NCBI GenBank assembly: GCA_030596025.1
Contig: JAUVKW010000003.1
Location: 1-43,597 of the forward strand
Direction of reading: 5' to 3'
From: Bacteroidota bacterium
GTDB lineage: Bacteria > Bacteroidota > Bacteroidia > Bacteroidales > VadinHA17
Length of the DNA stretch: 43,597 bases
Each line of letters starts with the position of its first letter. Within the stretch, counting starts at the first letter, position 1. Below the pieces are notes generated by a model. That model saw only the letters and a list, made by a program, of their open reading frames with translations. It ran no database searches and had not been told where the DNA came from. Shown one piece after another: positions 1 to 9,956 of the stretch. Position numbers and translations under genes: made by a program.

Positions 1-955
1 AGAATTCTATAAGACCTTCCGGATTACGGAATTTTCGATCATCTTTCTTTACGAATTCTAAAATTGAATCTTTAAGAGACACAATTTCATTGATTTTATG
101 GAACGTAATATTTGAAGTGCTTTCAATGGCTCTCATCATAAATAGTAACCAGGTTTTCCAGTCACCTCTCTGAGAGACCCCCATTAACCCGGAGTAATAA
201 TCATTCTTATTATCCAGAATGTATCGACTGAGGAATAATATTGGAACATCCAGTAGTCCTTTGTTAGTTAAATAATGGATATTGAATATACGACCCGACC
301 TACCGTTTCCATCACGGAATGGATGAATAGCCTCAAACTGAAAATGAGCAATGGCCATTTTTAATAAATGATCAATTCTATACTGCTTATCGTCATTCAA
401 GAAGTTGACAAGATTATCTAGCTTATCTTTAATTAAGGGCACACCTCTAGGAGGAGTATAGGTAATCTGACTGGCATTTGGTACTGTGCCTCCTTGTTTA
501 ATTGTCGTATTCAAAAAATCGGGACGAATTCCATCTGTGGTTTGCTTTATTTCCTGAAATACATGTATAAAGTATTCTTGATCAAATTGGCTGGTTTTTT
601 GTAAATAGTTGTGTCCAGACCAAAGTGCTTCCCGATATCTTAATACTTCTTTGGATGCTCCAGTTGTTTCAGTGTTTTGATCACTAAATGCTTTATATAG
701 TTCATCATCAGTTGTGAATATATTCTCAATTGCACTAGAGATTTTTGCTTCCTGCAGGCTTATTGTATTAATCAATAGTCCCTGATTTGGAATTATGGCA
801 CTACGACCGTGGAGTCTTGCTAAAGCTGCTTTAGCATCTCCAAGCTTCTCTAATATTTCTATTGTTTGATAAAGTTCCTTTCTTATGGGTAGCGAAGGAA
901 GATCATTCCAGGGAGCATTTCTGTCAGGATTAATAGGGTAAAGTATTTCTGGCAT
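1..955 (-). CDS. Fic family protein (AMP transferase) with N-terminal inhibitory helix; 3' end runs off the window; not in the ORF track
   Basis: Manual translation from ATG at 955: MPEILYPINPDRNAPWNDLP...LQEAKISSAIENI...HFQFEAIHPFRDGNGRSGRIF. Contains the Fic motif HPFxxGNGRxxR and the (S/T)xxxE(G/N) inhibitory motif SAIEN. Confidence 0.9.
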   Translation of the reverse strand, partial: MPEILYPINPDRNAPWNDLPSLPIRKELYQTIEILEKLGDAKAALARLHGRSAIIPNQGLLINTISLQEAKISSAIENIFTTDDELYKAFSDQNTETTGASKEVLRYREALWSGHNYLQKTSQFDQEYFIHVFQEIKQTTDGIRPDFLNTTIKQGGTVPNASQITYTPPRGVPLIKDKLDNLVNFLNDDKQYRIDHLLKMAIAHFQFEAIHPFRDGNGRSGRIFNIHYLTNKGLLDVPILFLSRYILDNKNDYYSGLMGVSQRGDWKTWLLFMMRAIESTSNITFHKINEIVSLKDSILEFVKKDDRKFRNPEGLIEF

Positions 956-970
956 TAATTAATTTGATTT

Positions 971-1100
971 TTAATGTTTGCTAAGGTTCTTCCTTCAAAA
1001 ATACAATATTTTTACACAACAAGCATTAAAAGTATAAGAAATTAATGTTTGGCAAAGTTCTGACCTTAAAAGTGATATTTAGAAACATAACAAACATCAA
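971..1100. promoter_or_regulatory. Two tandem 59-bp boxes with terminal inverted repeats upstream of the Fic gene
   Basis: 971-1029 TTAATGTTTG...CAAGCATTAA and 1042-1100 TTAATGTTTG...CAAACATCAA. A minus-strand TATTTTTG (-7 box) lies at 996-1003. Confidence 0.5.
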
Positions 1101-1217
1101 ATTGTCTGTTATTTAACGTTTAGCCTGTTTTTAGCCTTAATAGGATATAAACACAGACTTGAAATATGTTTTAAACAGTATTAATGATTCTTCAATCTCT
1201 TTTTCCCTTGTAAACAC

Positions 1218-1253
1218 AAAACCCCTGGTAGTCTTTACTCTACAAGGGGTTTT
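1218..1253 (-). terminator. Hairpin/terminator downstream of tRNA-Leu
   Basis: AAAACCCCTGGTAG...CTACAAGGGGTTTT inverted repeat. Confidence 0.6.
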
Positions 1254-1265
1254 ACTTTGATGGTG

Positions 1266-1349
1266 TACCCGGGGCGGGACTTGAACCCGCACGACCCAAG
1301 GGCCACTGGATTTTAAGTCCAGCGCGTCTACCAATTCCGCCACCCGGGC
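1266..1349 (-). tRNA. tRNA-Leu(TAA)
   Basis: GCCCGGGTGGCGGAATTGGTAGACGCGCTGGACTTAAAATCCAG...GGTTCAAGTCCCGCCCCGGGTA; TAA anticodon and long variable arm. Confidence 0.97.
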
Positions 1350-1525
1350 AACTTTGAACAAAAGTATGGTAAACGTCTTTTACTACATAATTTCCTGATT
1401 CCACTTTTTTCTGGTGGCGGAATTGACCACCCTGCAATCCGGCCCTTCGTTAAATTAGTCCACTGGACTAATTCTTTACACTCAGTCCTGCCACCCGGGC
1501 AACTTTGAACAAAAGTATGGCAAAC
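1339..1525. repeat. 36-bp direct repeat (1339-1374 / 1490-1525) covering the tRNA-Leu promoter and its first 11 nt
   Basis: GCCACCCGGGCAACTTTGAACAAAAGTATGG(T/C)AAAC, 35/36 identical. Contains a minus-strand TACTTTTG (Bacteroidota -7 consensus TAnnTTTG). Confidence 0.9.
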
Positions 1526-1587
1526 AATTCATAATTCTTCAAATTATCTAAATTAAGTCCTGTATAATGGTCAGGATAAATCTAAAG

Positions 1588-1611
1588 AAAAAAAGCGGAA
1601 TTAGATCCGCC
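1588..1611 (-). terminator. Intrinsic terminator after tRNA-Gly
   Basis: Minus strand GCGGA-TCTAAT-TCCGC followed by a T run. Confidence 0.7.
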
Positions 1612-1623
1612 TGAAAGAACTTG

Positions 1624-1696
<73 letters not shown>

Positions 1697-1757
1697 TTTT
1701 TTAATGTGCCGACAAAAGTAATATATTTAAATGAATTCAAAAAATTATTCTTTTATC

Positions 1758-4373
1758 TTATTTTCCTAAAAACTTCTTAATTTCATTTAGCTTATTCAGA
1801 GCTTCCAGGGGTGTTAGATTATTTACATCAATATTGATTAATTCATCACGAATTTGTTGAAGTACCGGGTCATCCAGTTGAAAAATACTCAACTGCATTC
1901 CTTCTCTTTTTCCTGCAAGCTCTGAAACAGGTTCAGTCAGGCTTCTTTTATCTCTTGATTTTTCCAGTTCCTTAAGTATGATGTTGGCTCGCTGAATTAC
2001 ACTTTTAGGCATACCGGCCATACGTGCCACATGAATACCAAAGCTATGCTCACTTCCTCCTCTTTCAAGTTTGTGGAGGAAAAGAATTTTATCTTCCAGT
2101 TCCTTGATGGATACATTATAGTTCTTAACCCTGGAGAAAGAATTCTCCAGTTCATTCAGTTCATGATAATGTGTTGCAAAAAGGGTTTTGGCTCTCGCAG
2201 TGGGATCCTCATGTATATATTCAACCATTGCCCAGGCGATTGAAATTCCATCATAGGTACTGGTTCCCCTTCCAATTTCATCCAGTAAAACGAGGCTTCT
2301 TGATGAGAGATTGTTCAATATGCTGGCTGCCTCGTTCATCTCCACCATAAATGTAGATTCTCCCATAGAAATATTGTCAGAGGCTCCAACACGTGTAAAA
2401 ATTTTATCAATAAGACCTATTCTTGCACTCCTGGCCGGAATGAATGATCCAATCTGGGCCATTAGTACAATCAGGGCAGTTTGCCTTTAAAGAGCTGATT
2501 TTCCAGACATATTAGGGCCGGTTAAAATAATAATTTGTTGCTTTTTATTGTCCAGATAAACATTATTGGGAACATAGCTCTCGTCAAGAGGTAGTTGTTG
2601 CTCTATCACCGGATGCCTTCCCTGTTTTAGATCAATAATTTCTGAGCGGTCCAGAACAGGCCTGCTGTATTTATTTTCTGTAGCGATAGTGGCAAAAGAC
2701 AGAAGACAATCAAGCCTGGCAACTATGGATGAGTTGACTTGAATAGCAGGAATATAATCTGCAAGACTGCTTACCAGCTCATTAAATAAGCTTGTTTCCA
2801 GGCTGAGTATTTTTTCTTCGGCTCCCAGGATCTTGTTTTCATATTCTTTGAGCTCTTCTGTTATGTATCTTTCTGCACTAACCAGGGTTTGCTTTCGAAT
2901 CCATTCCTCCGGGACTTTATCTTTATGTGTGTTCCTGACTTCAATGTAATACCCAAATACATTATTAAAAGCCACTTTAAGGGATGGAATTCCTGTGCGT
3001 TTAATTTCCCGTTGTTGCATTTCCACCAGGTAATCTTTCCCCGAGAATAAAATTTTTCTCAATTCGTCAAGTTCTTTCGAAACTCCCTCTGCAATTACCA
3101 TTCCCTTAATTACCTGGGTTGGAGGGTCTGGATTCATATTCTTGTCTATTTTTTGCCGTATTTTTTTACAAGGATCAATTCCTTTCCCTGTTTTTACCAG
3201 GGAAGGAAGCTTAGAAGATTTACAGATATTCTGTATGGGATCCAGGGCAAAAAGGGCGTTTTTAATATGTGCCATTTCCCGGGGATTGATTCTTCCAACC
3301 GCTACTTTGGAGATTAATCTTTCCATGTCACCAATATGCCTGATGTGTTCCTCGATTTCTTCTTTTTCTTCAGGAGTTTTAATGAAGAACTCTACAATAT
3401 CCTGTCTTTCTTCAATAGGTTTGAGGTTTTTAAGGGGCATGGCGACCCATCTTTTTATCATTCTGGATCCCATGGGAGAAATGGTATGATCCAGAATATC
3501 AATCAGGGTTTTTGCTCCCTGATTCAAGGAATGAAAAAGCTCAAGATTTCTAATTGTAAATTTATCCAGCCAAACATATCTGTCAGCTTCTATTCTTGAA
3601 AGTTCTGAAATATGTTGCACCCTTGTATGCTGGGTTAAATCAAGATATTGAAGAATAGATCCTGCAGCAATGAGCCCATACCGAAGGTCCTGAACTCCAA
3701 ATCCTTTCATGGAGCTGGTCCCGAAATGTTTCAACAGACGCTCATAAGAGGTGTCTGCATCATACATCCAGTCATCCAGCTTAAAGGTATAGTATTTGTC
3801 ACCAAAGAATTCGAAAAATTGATTCTGGATTGCTTTTTCAATCAATATTTCTTTTGGCTGGAAATTGGTAATTAATTGATCGATATATTCCAGGCTTCCC
3901 TCCGATGTAAGAAACTCCCCGGTAGAAATATCCAGGAAGGCCACTCCTGCAATTTTATGATCAATATGAACCGAAGCGAGGAAATTGTTTTCTTTATGTT
4001 CAAGAACATTGTCATTTAAAGAAACACCAGGGGTAACCAATTCAGTAACACCCCGCTTAACAATTTTTTTTGTAAGTTTTGGGTCTTCAAGCTGTTCGCA
4101 AATAGCAACTCTTTGTCCTGCCCTTACAAGCTTTGGAAGATAAGTATCAATGGCATGATAGGGAAATCCTGCAAGTTCAACAAAGGATGCCTTTCCATTT
4201 GCCCTTCGGGTAAGAGTGATGCCGAGGATTTCAGCACTTTTAATAGCATCTTCTCCAAATGTTTCATAAAAATCACCTACACGAAAAAGCAGTATGGCAT
4301 CAGGATGCTGTGATTTTATCCTGTTGAATTGCTTCATCAGGGGAGTTTCCACTATTTTTTGCTTTTCACTCAA
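1758..4373 (-). pseudogene. mutS: DNA mismatch repair protein MutS interrupted by one in-frame TAA (2487-2489)
   Basis: GDFYE mismatch motif, Walker A GPNMSGKS, then [15 protein letters not shown]; STFMVEM, DEIGRGT and FATHYHEL follow. The two ORF-track pieces are in the same frame. Confidence 0.9.
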
Positions 4374-4554
4374 AATACAATCGGCTTAGAACGCGAAATT
4401 TCTGATTCGGATTTACAAAAATACTAATTATTGAAAGGATGAATACAGGATTATGTTTTAAAACCTATTTTATTCTAAGTTTTGTTTTGTTTTCCATATA
4501 AAATAAATACTAATTTAGGGGCTTTAACAACAACTTAACCCTGGTTATATTATT

Positions 4555-5892
4555 ATGAAAAAAGTATTGGTATTAGGTGCCGGGATGGTAGCAGGCCCAA
4601 TGGCTGATCACCTCTTGAATTCAGGTTATAAAGTTACTTCTACGGGTATATATTTACATCGTGCTCAAGCGCTTGTCAAGGGACATAAAAATGGCTCGGC
4701 CAGGATTTGGCATGTAGAAGATGAGGAGGGATTAAGAGAGATGATCAATGAGCATGATCTGGTAGTAAGCCTTTTACCTTATGTATATCACACAATGGTG
4801 GCCCGCCATTGTATCAGTTTGAAAACAAATATGGTTACAACCTCTTATGTTGGTGAGGAGATGGAATCACTGGATGAAGAAGCCAGGAAGGCTGGAGTAA
4901 TAATTTTAAATGAGATTGGGCTGGATCCTGGCATTGATCATATGTCAGCATTGCGGGTTATTAACCATGTTCACAAGGCGGGAGGAAAAATAGATAAATT
5001 CTTTTCTTTATGTGGCGCCCTGCCTTCTCCCGAAAGTGCAGATAATCCTTATCGTTATAAGTTTTCATGGAGTCCTAAAGGTGTAATCATGGCAAGCGAT
5101 AATGAAGCACGCTATCTTAAGAATGGGACTGAAGTCAAGGTAAAAAGTATAGACCTTTTTAAAGAAATATTCCAACTTGATTTTCCTGGTGTTGGTGTAC
5201 TTGATATCTATCCAAACAGAGACTCTATACAGTATATTGATTTGTACGGAATTCCTGAAGTAAGCACCATGTTTCGGGGGACATTTCGCTTGCCTGGCTG
5301 GTGTGAGGCCCTGGACCTGATGAAGGGCTTGAAACTTTTGTCCAATGATAAAATCTTAATGGAGGGACTCAGTTATGCTGATATGCTTGCCCGGTTAATT
5401 GGAGAAGCAGATTCAGGAAACATCATGCAGAAGGCTGCAGATTTTCAAAATATAGATGTTAGAAGTAATGCAATGAAAGCACTTGAATGGCTTGGAGTGT
5501 TTGCGGATTCTGATATGGACAGAAAAGAAGATTCTCCTTTTGAAGTGATTTCTGATTTGATGATTGAAAAAATGTCTTTACAGAAAAGTGACCATGACAT
5601 GGTTGTGCTCCAGCATAATTTTCATGCCAGTTACCCTGACGGAAGTAGTGAGATTATTAAAGCAAGAATGCTGGATTATGGCTCACCAGAAGCATTTACC
5701 TCTATTTCCAGAACAGTTGCACTGCCAGCCGCCCTGGCCTCCATACTTATACTGGAGGGGCAAATTCAACTTTCAGGAGTACACCGGCCCCTTGTGCCGG
5801 AGATTTACAATCCGGTTTTGAATAAGTTAGAGGAGGTAGGAATAAAGGTTGAGGAGATATATGGTTTGAAGGAAGATGGCGATCTTTTTTGA
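4555..5892 (+). CDS. Saccharopine dehydrogenase family protein
   Basis: GAGMVA Rossmann motif; VSLLP, VTTSY, NEIGLDPGIDHM, YKFSWSP, YPNRDS, RGTFR. Confidence 0.9.
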   Translation: MKKVLVLGAGMVAGPMADHLLNSGYKVTSTGIYLHRAQALVKGHKNGSARIWHVEDEEGLREMINEHDLVVSLLPYVYHTMVARHCISLKTNMVTTSYVGEEMESLDEEARKAGVIILNEIGLDPGIDHMSALRVINHVHKAGGKIDKFFSLCGALPSPESADNPYRYKFSWSPKGVIMASDNEARYLKNGTEVKVKSIDLFKEIFQLDFPGVGVLDIYPNRDSIQYIDLYGIPEVSTMFRGTFRLPGWCEALDLMKGLKLLSNDKILMEGLSYADMLARLIGEADSGNIMQKAADFQNIDVRSNAMKALEWLGVFADSDMDRKEDSPFEVISDLMIEKMSLQKSDHDMVVLQHNFHASYPDGSSEIIKARMLDYGSPEAFTSISRTVALPAALASILILEGQIQLSGVHRPLVPEIYNPVLNKLEEVGIKVEEIYGLKEDGDLF

Positions 5893-5946
5893 AGCGACTC
5901 ACCCGTCTGAATAATATCAAGCCGGGCAAGGAGAGGCGCTCTACAG
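5893..5946. repeat. REP-like hairpin, copy A of a dispersed 52-bp family
   Basis: 41/52 identical to the reverse complement of 23983-24034; AGCGACTC...GAGGCGCT followed by CTAC. Confidence 0.7.
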
Positions 5947-6084
5947 AATGTGGAGTTCAAGGAAACAATATGGCAGGAATTTTGCAGATGAACTATTCCA
6001 GGTATACCATCTATAGAAATATACAGGCCTCAATTATCAAACTTTAACTATCTTTAATTTCTGAAGAAAATTATCTCCTGCTCT

Positions 6085-7362
6085 ATGAGAACCAGAAACG
6101 GATTTGCGCTGATTCTTTTATTTTTACTGATGTTTTTTGGTTGCAAAACCTATGAGCCGATAACAAAACGACAGAATCTTGCATATTTGTATCGTCCTGG
6201 TGCCACTTCTCTTCATCCCAGGTTCGTAGTTTATCATAATTCCGACTCAACATCCAACCTTATGGTGAAGATTTATCCTACCGAGCTGTTATTTAACAAA
6301 GCAAATGAGGATGGAAACTACAAGGCATGGTTAAGTATTCAGTATCGTGCCAGAGAAATTGGTCCTGGCAGGGCCCTCACAGATTCTGCAATTTTAGAAT
6401 TCCCGTTTGAAGTAAGCGGGCTCGATAAACCTTTTATTACCAATATAAGTCTTAAAACAAAACCTCCAAAAGAATATATTGTAGAGGTTGTAACAATGGA
6501 CAGATTGAGAAAAAGAGCGGTTCAATCATTTATTTTTGTAGAGAGGACATCAGAGACCAACTCTCAAAACTATTTTGTTATGGACCAGTCAACAGGAAGC
6601 CTGCTTTTTAACCCGGTAGTTGATTCTTCATTGATATTCAATATTTATTTTCCGAAAAGGACAATTGATACTTTATTTGTACATTACTATGAACCGGATA
6701 CAAGGATTCCTTATCCCCCAAATTTGCTACTTTCAACCTCACTTGCCTTAGATAGGGCTGATAGTGTATGGCAGTTTGGGGTTTTTGAATCAAAAGGGAT
6801 TCATCTTTCAAAAAAAGGAATATACCAGTTTCTTAAGGATGCAAATGATAAACAAGGATATAACATGTATTATTTTGGGGAGTACTTTCCATTAGTGAAA
6901 ACCCCTGAACAGATGATTGATCCTCTGGTCTATCTGGCAGATGACAAGGAAATGAGAGAATTGAGAAAGAATGAAAGTGCAAAAATTGCTGTCGATAATT
7001 TTTGGCTGGAGGCAGGGAAGGATATTAATCGTGCAAAGGAATTGATAAGAATTTATTACAACAGGGTGTTTTATTCGAATTATTATTTTACCTCTTTCAA
7101 GGAGGGTTGGAGTACTGATCGTGGAATGATCTACCTGGTCTACGGGCCTCCAGGTACTTTGTACAAAACTGCAACACAGGAAAGATGGATATATGGGAAA
7201 GAAGGTGGCGACAAGAATATAGAATTTGTTTTTACAAAAATGAATCATCCCCTTTCAAATAATGTATTCAGACTTCGGCGATCTTCAGATTTGAATTCAA
7301 GATGGGTTCAGGCAGTAAGAGCCTGGAGGCAGGGGAGTGTTTTTATTCTAGAAAATGACTGA
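6085..7362 (+). CDS. GWxTD domain-containing lipoprotein
   Basis: Lipobox FFGC; GWSTDRGMIYLVYGPP. Confidence 0.9.
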   Translation: MRTRNGFALILLFLLMFFGCKTYEPITKRQNLAYLYRPGATSLHPRFVVYHNSDSTSNLMVKIYPTELLFNKANEDGNYKAWLSIQYRAREIGPGRALTDSAILEFPFEVSGLDKPFITNISLKTKPPKEYIVEVVTMDRLRKRAVQSFIFVERTSETNSQNYFVMDQSTGSLLFNPVVDSSLIFNIYFPKRTIDTLFVHYYEPDTRIPYPPNLLLSTSLALDRADSVWQFGVFESKGIHLSKKGIYQFLKDANDKQGYNMYYFGEYFPLVKTPEQMIDPLVYLADDKEMRELRKNESAKIAVDNFWLEAGKDINRAKELIRIYYNRVFYSNYYFTSFKEGWSTDRGMIYLVYGPPGTLYKTATQERWIYGKEGGDKNIEFVFTKMNHPLSNNVFRLRRSSDLNSRWVQAVRAWRQGSVFILEND

Positions 7363-8134
7363 TTACATGAGACAAAAAGAGCCGGCAAAGATGAACTATA
7401 TTTATGGTTTACATTCTGTACTGGAAGCAATTCATCTGGGGAAAGAGATGGAAAAGGTGTTCATTCGAAAGAGCCTGAACAATGAAAGAAGCAAGGAGCT
7501 GATCCGTCTCCTTAGGGAAAGAGATATTCCTATTCAATTTGTCCCTAACGAAAAATTGCAAAGGATTAGCAGTAAAAATCATCAGGGAGTTATTGGCTTG
7601 ATTTCAATGATTGAATATGGTAGGTTGGAAGTATTAATTCCAGACCTTTTTGAGAAAGGAGAAATCCCATTTATCCTTGTTTTAGATGAAATTACCGATG
7701 TGCGTAACCTGGGGGCAATTGCCAGAACAGCTGAATTTGTTGGGGCTCATGCACTGCTTATTCCTGCAAAGGGATCTGCCCAGATTAATGCTGATACAAT
7801 AAAAACCTCTTCCGGAGCATTGCACAAACTTCCTGTGTGCCGGACTCCGGAACTCATAGATTCCCTTAGCTATCTAAAAAATTCTGGTTTGAAGATTGTA
7901 GCCGGAACAGAAAAGGGTGAAAAACTTTATTTTGATTCTGACCTTTCAGGACCTATTGCTATTGTGATGGGATCGGAGGAAAAGGGAATTTCAAATAAGA
8001 TCTTGCTTATGGCAGATCAATTGGTAAAAATCCCTCAATTCGGGAAGGTTGATTCCCTGAATGTTTCTGTAGCTGCAGGGGTTTTGTGCTATGAGGTAAT
8101 TCGCCAGAGGCAGCTATCCTCTTCTCAGGAGTAA
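7355..8134 (+). CDS. rlmB: 23S rRNA (Gm2251) 2'-O-methyltransferase
   Basis: NHQGV, LDEITDVRNLGAIAR, VMGSEEKG, SLNVSVA (SPOUT/TrmH motifs). Confidence 0.92.
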   Translation: MTDYMRQKEPAKMNYIYGLHSVLEAIHLGKEMEKVFIRKSLNNERSKELIRLLRERDIPIQFVPNEKLQRISSKNHQGVIGLISMIEYGRLEVLIPDLFEKGEIPFILVLDEITDVRNLGAIARTAEFVGAHALLIPAKGSAQINADTIKTSSGALHKLPVCRTPELIDSLSYLKNSGLKIVAGTEKGEKLYFDSDLSGPIAIVMGSEEKGISNKILLMADQLVKIPQFGKVDSLNVSVAAGVLCYEVIRQRQLSSSQE

Positions 8135-8400
8135 ATAAATTTTGCAAAAACCAGGTAAGAAGTTCCAAGAATATTTACCAGGTAGTTTAGTAGTAAAGGA
8201 TACTGGAATTTTTTGTCCTGGATATTGTCGAAAAGGATATAAATAAAAGTAAGTAATACCCCTATTGACCACATGAGCAGGAATGACCAGGAAAAACTTG
8301 CTACATCATGTGACTTCCAGGTGAGAATTACCTGAGGAAAAATACCTATGCTCAATAGTATATTGCCAAACCAGCCCAGTAAATGCATGAATGTTTTCAT
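8125..8400 (-). CDS. SemiSWEET/PQ-loop three-helix transporter
   Basis: 91 aa, three hydrophobic segments, IFPQVILTW. Confidence 0.75.
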   Translation of the reverse strand: MKTFMHLLGWFGNILLSIGIFPQVILTWKSHDVASFSWSFLLMWSIGVLLTFIYILFDNIQDKKFQYPLLLNYLVNILGTSYLVFAKFIYS

Positions 8401-8430
8401 CTGCTAAAAATTTTTGAATAATAAAATTGT

Positions 8431-8534
8431 TTATCCGCTACGCGGAATAAATAAGCTTTTGTGACTGTTTTTCCTACAACACTTAATCCGCTACGCGGAA
8501 ATTCTCCGTAGGAGATTTAGTGTTGTAGAAAAAA
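8431..8534. repeat. Compound REP-like palindrome cluster
   Basis: TCCGC-TAC-GCGGA twice and TCTCC-GTA-GGAGA, with an outer stem CTACAACACT/AGTGTTGTAG. Confidence 0.7.
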
Positions 8535-8614
8535 GAACCCCCTACTAAACAAATACCTCGTATAGGTTTGACAATAATGTATAGTCATTTTATATACTAG
8601 CTTGCTACTAAAGA

Positions 8615-9859
8615 TTATGGCAATAGATTACTAAAGTCAGAACCCGTTGGGTTTTGAAAAACTTTTAACTCAAACTCCGGTAAAACGGCAAGGATATGAT
8701 CAAAAATATCGGCCTGGATAGCTTCATAATTGGCCCATTCCTGATCTCTGCTGAATACATATATTTCAATAGGAATACCCTTGTCATTTGGTTGTAGTTG
8801 TCGAACAAGGAAAGTCATATTGTCATGAATCAGTGGATGTGCATGCAAATAACCTTCCATATATTTTCTGAAGTTACCTAGGTTGGTCATTCTTCTGCCA
8901 TTGGCCAGAACAGATGGATCAACATTGTGCTTTTCATTGAATTCATTTATCTCTTTTCCTTTAGCATCAATGTAATTATTAAGAACTTGAATTTTTTTGA
9001 AACGCTGAATCATTTCTTCAGAACAAAATTTCACACTTGTCATATCAATATTGATTGATCGCTTGATTCTTCTTCCTCCGGATTCCTCCATACCTCTCCA
9101 GTTTTGAAAAGATTCAGATACCAGTGCATAAGTAGGAATGGTACTGATGGTTTTATCCCAGTTTTGTACTTTAACAGTATTAAGATTGATTTCCAGAACA
9201 ACCCCATCTGCTTTTCTGCCTGGCATCGAAATCCAATCTCCGGGATTAACCATATTATTCATTGACACCTGAATACTGGCAACAAATCCGAGAATAGTAT
9301 CCTTAAATACCAGCATAAGAACAGCCGCAAAAGTTCCTAATCCAAGGAATAAACCTTTAAGTTCGGCATCAAATACTACAGATATGATTATCATGCTACC
9401 TGTAAACATTACTATAATCTGCACTACCTGTACGTATCCCTTGATGTGTCTGCTTTCAGATATTGGGAGAGTATCATAAATGCTATTCAGGGTCAGAATG
9501 ACCGAATTAAGGACTATCATTATAATAATGATGATATAAAAATATGCAGCTTTATTAACAAAAGGTATCAGATTTGGGTAATCCTTAAATATTAGATCAG
9601 CTGAAAATAAAATAATAAGTGCAGGCACAAGGTGAGAAAGTCTGCTAAAAACTTTTTCCTTTATAAAGATATCATCCCAGGTATTTTTCGTTCTGTGAAT
9701 TACCGCTTCGATTGCCCGAATAATTATTTTTTTTGTTATAAAATTTGCCAGAAAACTAATTAGCCCAAATAGTATAACATAAATTAGTGTTTTTAGAAGA
9801 ATTGCCAGATTTTCAGTAACTCCAAGTGAAATTAGCCATTCAATTATTTTTGTGTCCAT
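8615..9859 (-). CDS. Mechanosensitive channel, MscS family (YbdG-like)
   Basis: FKDTILGFVASIQ, GDWISMP, VKVQNWDKTISTIPTY, NWRGMEESGGRRIKR, YEAIQADIFDH. Confidence 0.92.
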   Translation of the reverse strand: MDTKIIEWLISLGVTENLAILLKTLIYVILFGLISFLANFITKKIIIRAIEAVIHRTKNTWDDIFIKEKVFSRLSHLVPALIILFSADLIFKDYPNLIPFVNKAAYFYIIIIIMIVLNSVILTLNSIYDTLPISESRHIKGYVQVVQIIVMFTGSMIIISVVFDAELKGLFLGLGTFAAVLMLVFKDTILGFVASIQVSMNNMVNPGDWISMPGRKADGVVLEINLNTVKVQNWDKTISTIPTYALVSESFQNWRGMEESGGRRIKRSINIDMTSVKFCSEEMIQRFKKIQVLNNYIDAKGKEINEFNEKHNVDPSVLANGRRMTNLGNFRKYMEGYLHAHPLIHDNMTFLVRQLQPNDKGIPIEIYVFSRDQEWANYEAIQADIFDHILAVLPEFELKVFQNPTGSDFSNLLP

Positions 9860-9956
9860 AAGAACTTTATTTAATTTTTGACAAATTTAGCAGGATATTA
9901 ATTAATCTCTAACTTTATTGGATGTAACAAAAGCATATAAATTAAATTATCAACTG

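Noticed and set aside
1137-1437. ORFs 1137-1361 and 1252-1437
   Set aside because: They are translations across tRNA-Leu.
2462-2489. Frameshift, split gene or selenocysteine in mutS
   Set aside because: Both parts are in the same frame, the codon is TAA rather than TGA, and the aligned residue is Leu.
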